Assembly (NCBI RefSeq): GCF_053078305.1
Contig: NZ_CP166875.1
Source: a plasmid
Direction: 5' to 3' (one strand)
Length of the DNA stretch: 64,000 nucleotides
In this document: positions 61,822 through 64,000 of the stretch, one piece after another
Numbering within the stretch: the first letter of the stretch is position 1
How the letters are laid out: each line of letters starts with the position of its first letter
Program-made: the position numbers and the translations under genes
The notes under the pieces: generated by a model
The model's database searches: none
Told to the model about the DNA's origin: nothing
The model's input: only the letters and a program-made list of their open reading frames with translations

Positions 61822-63239
61822 TTAAATGCCCCAGAACTTATTCGCTTTTTCCACAAGCGTTTCATCAATCAGTGCACCGGTGACAGCCATCAGTAAACCA
61901 TACCCGATAATGCCTAAAGCGCTTCCGGTAAGAATACTGAAGACCAGAGCAACAAGAGCCGTTGCGGCATTACCTGCTATGATGGTTTCTGTTTTAACAA
62001 AAAAGGACGCCAGTTATCTGTCCGGGCAGCCTTACCAAACTCAGTGATCCAGTCAGCAAAATTTGTAATTTTTCCTGCATATCCCAGTCCGCGACTGAAC
62101 CTGTTCAGATTAGACGATATATCAGACAGCTTCACAGACTCAAGGGCTGCGGCAATCGCTGCACGATCTTTTGCATTAATTTTTTTGTTAATGTCAGTCC
62201 GGTACTTTTCATACGTTTTTAATGCCTCTTCAACATTACGTATTTTCTTCCCTTTAGCCTGCCCGGCCATCTCTCTGGCTAACTGCTCAGCTTTTGCACC
62301 ATATTTTTCTGAAACTGATTTCAGGAACTCTGTTGTGAAATTAATTGCGTCTTTCGTTGCCTTCAGTTCATCCTGTTTTCTTTTCTCTTCCGCTATCTTC
62401 TGATTGATGCCGGCAAGCTGGTTACGGGTATTCTCTTTTTCCTTCAACAGGGCATTAAGAGCGTCATTTGCATGCTTTTGCTCATTTGTTCTGGCACTGA
62501 GGTTATTTCTCACCGAATTTACCGCAGATTCAGCAGAGGTGATTTTATTTCTGGCATCAAGCAATCTTTGCCGTAACTTATCCCATTCAGTAACTTCAGC
62601 ATTATAAATTTTCTTGTCACCTTCCACATCCTCTGTCACCACCGGATTCCGGTCATTCAGAATATTGCGTTTATAGTCCAGACCGGAATGAGTCAGAAGA
62701 TAATTCAGGTTTGCACGGTTATCGATGACTGCGCTGGTTGTGATTTTTATCGTATCGGCAAATCTCGGATCACCGCTCACAACAATAGAATGATTTGTTG
62801 ATGAACGCCCCGGGAATTTTTCAGAGGAAACTATCGTTTTGCCGTCAGGCGTGTTTTTCTGTTGCGTCAGCTGTTGTTCAGCTCTGGTTAATGCATTACG
62901 GGCCGTGTTAAGCGATTCCGTCACCGAACTGAGTTTATTCCGGGCCTCTGAAATGGCCCTGTCATTCCGTGTCTGCTGCTCGAGCAGACGGGCCTGTTGT
63001 GCATCAAGAACGGCAAGGGCTGCCCCGCCCTTTTTTTCCAGCTCTGACAACCGCGTATTCAGAATACCTTTTCTGCGCTCGTATTCAGCAAGCATATCAG
63101 CGGCCTTCTTGTCTGCGTTCTGCGCATCCTTCTGCCGTTTTTCAGCCTGTTCAATTAACGACCTGGCCTCGCGGGGAGATATACGAAGAGAATCAGCATC
63201 AGCAAACAGCATCCGGCTCTCTGTATGTGTCAACGCCAC
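61822..63239 (-). pseudogene. cia: colicin Ia-like pore-forming colicin, 5'-truncated and frameshifted
   Basis: 420-aa ORF matches colicin Ia from HTESRMLFADADSL onward; final ~50 codons (channel domain, ending KFWGI) are in another frame after a T-run near 62005..62015; colicin Ia N-terminus (MSDPVRITNPG...) not found in any frame upstream. Confidence 0.75.
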
Positions 63240-64000
63240 GATGTTTGACCGTCTTATATCACTGGCGCTGACAACACGACAGAGTTATCAGGCATGGTGT
63301 CAATCAGTTCACAATTTTTCCATCGGAGCAGCCTACCACCGGTGATAACCTGACTTTGCCTGTAGTTTGTATACACAATCCCTGGCATTGAAACACGCAT
63401 ATGAGGTGTACTTCGGAATATGACCGTGCGCTCAGGAAGTACGGCAGATTCCGTCAAAAATTACCTGTAAAGACAGACTTCAGAAAAAACAGTGCTCGCC
63501 GCAGACCGGTGACCGGGCGAAGCCCGCGAACCGGCGAGGAAGCGCAATATATCTGTAGTTACAATGAGCAGGTACGCCCTGAAGCCTTCATAATCGGTAG
63601 TGTATGTTGTTTTTCTGGAATGATTTATCCACATATCTGGAGGTCCGATCCAGTAAACAGATCCATGAATGATCAACAAAGGATCCATTAAAGATCCCCA
63701 TATCGCTGCAAACCTTGTCACTCATGGGCCGGGACCACGATCACATAAGCTGTGGCATGTTACTGATAAACTGTAACATGCTAATGATAAGCTGTATTCA
63801 GTAATCCATATACTGAAGTAAGTTAATGACATAAACTATGGTCAGTACGTCAGACTCAGTTGTTAAATACAGGCTGCAGGTTTTTATTCAGTCAGTTAGC
63901 GGAGTTCTGACACACGATTTTCTGTTTATTCTTTTACTGTCCACAGGCTGGAGGCTTTCTGGAAAACGAAAATTCAGACATCAAAAAACTGTTCGGCGAG

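Noticed and set aside
61826-62047. 73-aa + strand ORF, and + strand ORFs 62044..63345
   Set aside because: Lie antisense to the colicin Ia-like coding sequence, whose reverse translation matches colicin including the C-terminal KFWGI
63254-63721. Two minus-strand ORFs (67 and 86 aa) upstream of the truncated colicin as a possible colicin N-terminus
   Set aside because: No frame in this region resembles the colicin Ia N-terminus; the combined length match to a full-length gene appears coincidental

Overview
This window reads as a contiguous stretch of an IncF-type (F/R100-like) conjugative plasmid from Enterobacteriaceae. Calls rest on reading the supplied ORF translations and the DNA by eye against remembered protein families; no database search was run. 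(1) 1-27.9 kb, + strand: the distal tra operon in canonical order, traC (3' part), trbI, traW, traU, trbC, traN, trbE, traF, trbA/artA, traQ, trbB, trbJ, trbF, traH, traG, traS, traT, traD, traI, traX, then a YgiW-like gene and finO. trbH is absent. Non-F cargo sits at three junctions (traU/trbC, trbC/traN, traT/traD). (2) 28-32.4 kb: secreted nuclease, a Hok-family toxin (SrnB/PndA type) and a complete RepFIIA replicon (copB, CopA/CopT, tap, repA1, DnaA box/oriR). (3) 32.6-35.8 kb: three type II toxin-antitoxin pairs plus a RelB-like fragment, with a ~270-bp direct repeat upstream of two of them. (4) 36.3-41.8 kb: a minimal Tn3-family transposon (tnpR, tnpA, GGGG-initiated inverted repeats) cutting into an IS66-family element. 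(5) 41.8-59 kb, mainly - strand: a leading-region-like block with hok, psiA, psiB, a ParB-like protein, ssb, two homologous Frpo/ssi-like structured regions, an antirestriction-family protein, an orphan adenine methyltransferase, a LexA-box-fronted impCAB operon, ParMR and ParA-type partition modules, and a tyrosine recombinase. (6) 60-64 kb: a GC-rich two-gene module of unknown function, an intact colicin Ia/Ib-type immunity gene and a 5'-truncated, frameshifted colicin Ia-like gene. The most promising candidates for an undescribed function are the AT-rich cargo between traU and trbC, the traT/traD insert, a 75-bp conserved hairpin element present twice, and the GC-rich module at 60.1-61.0 kb.
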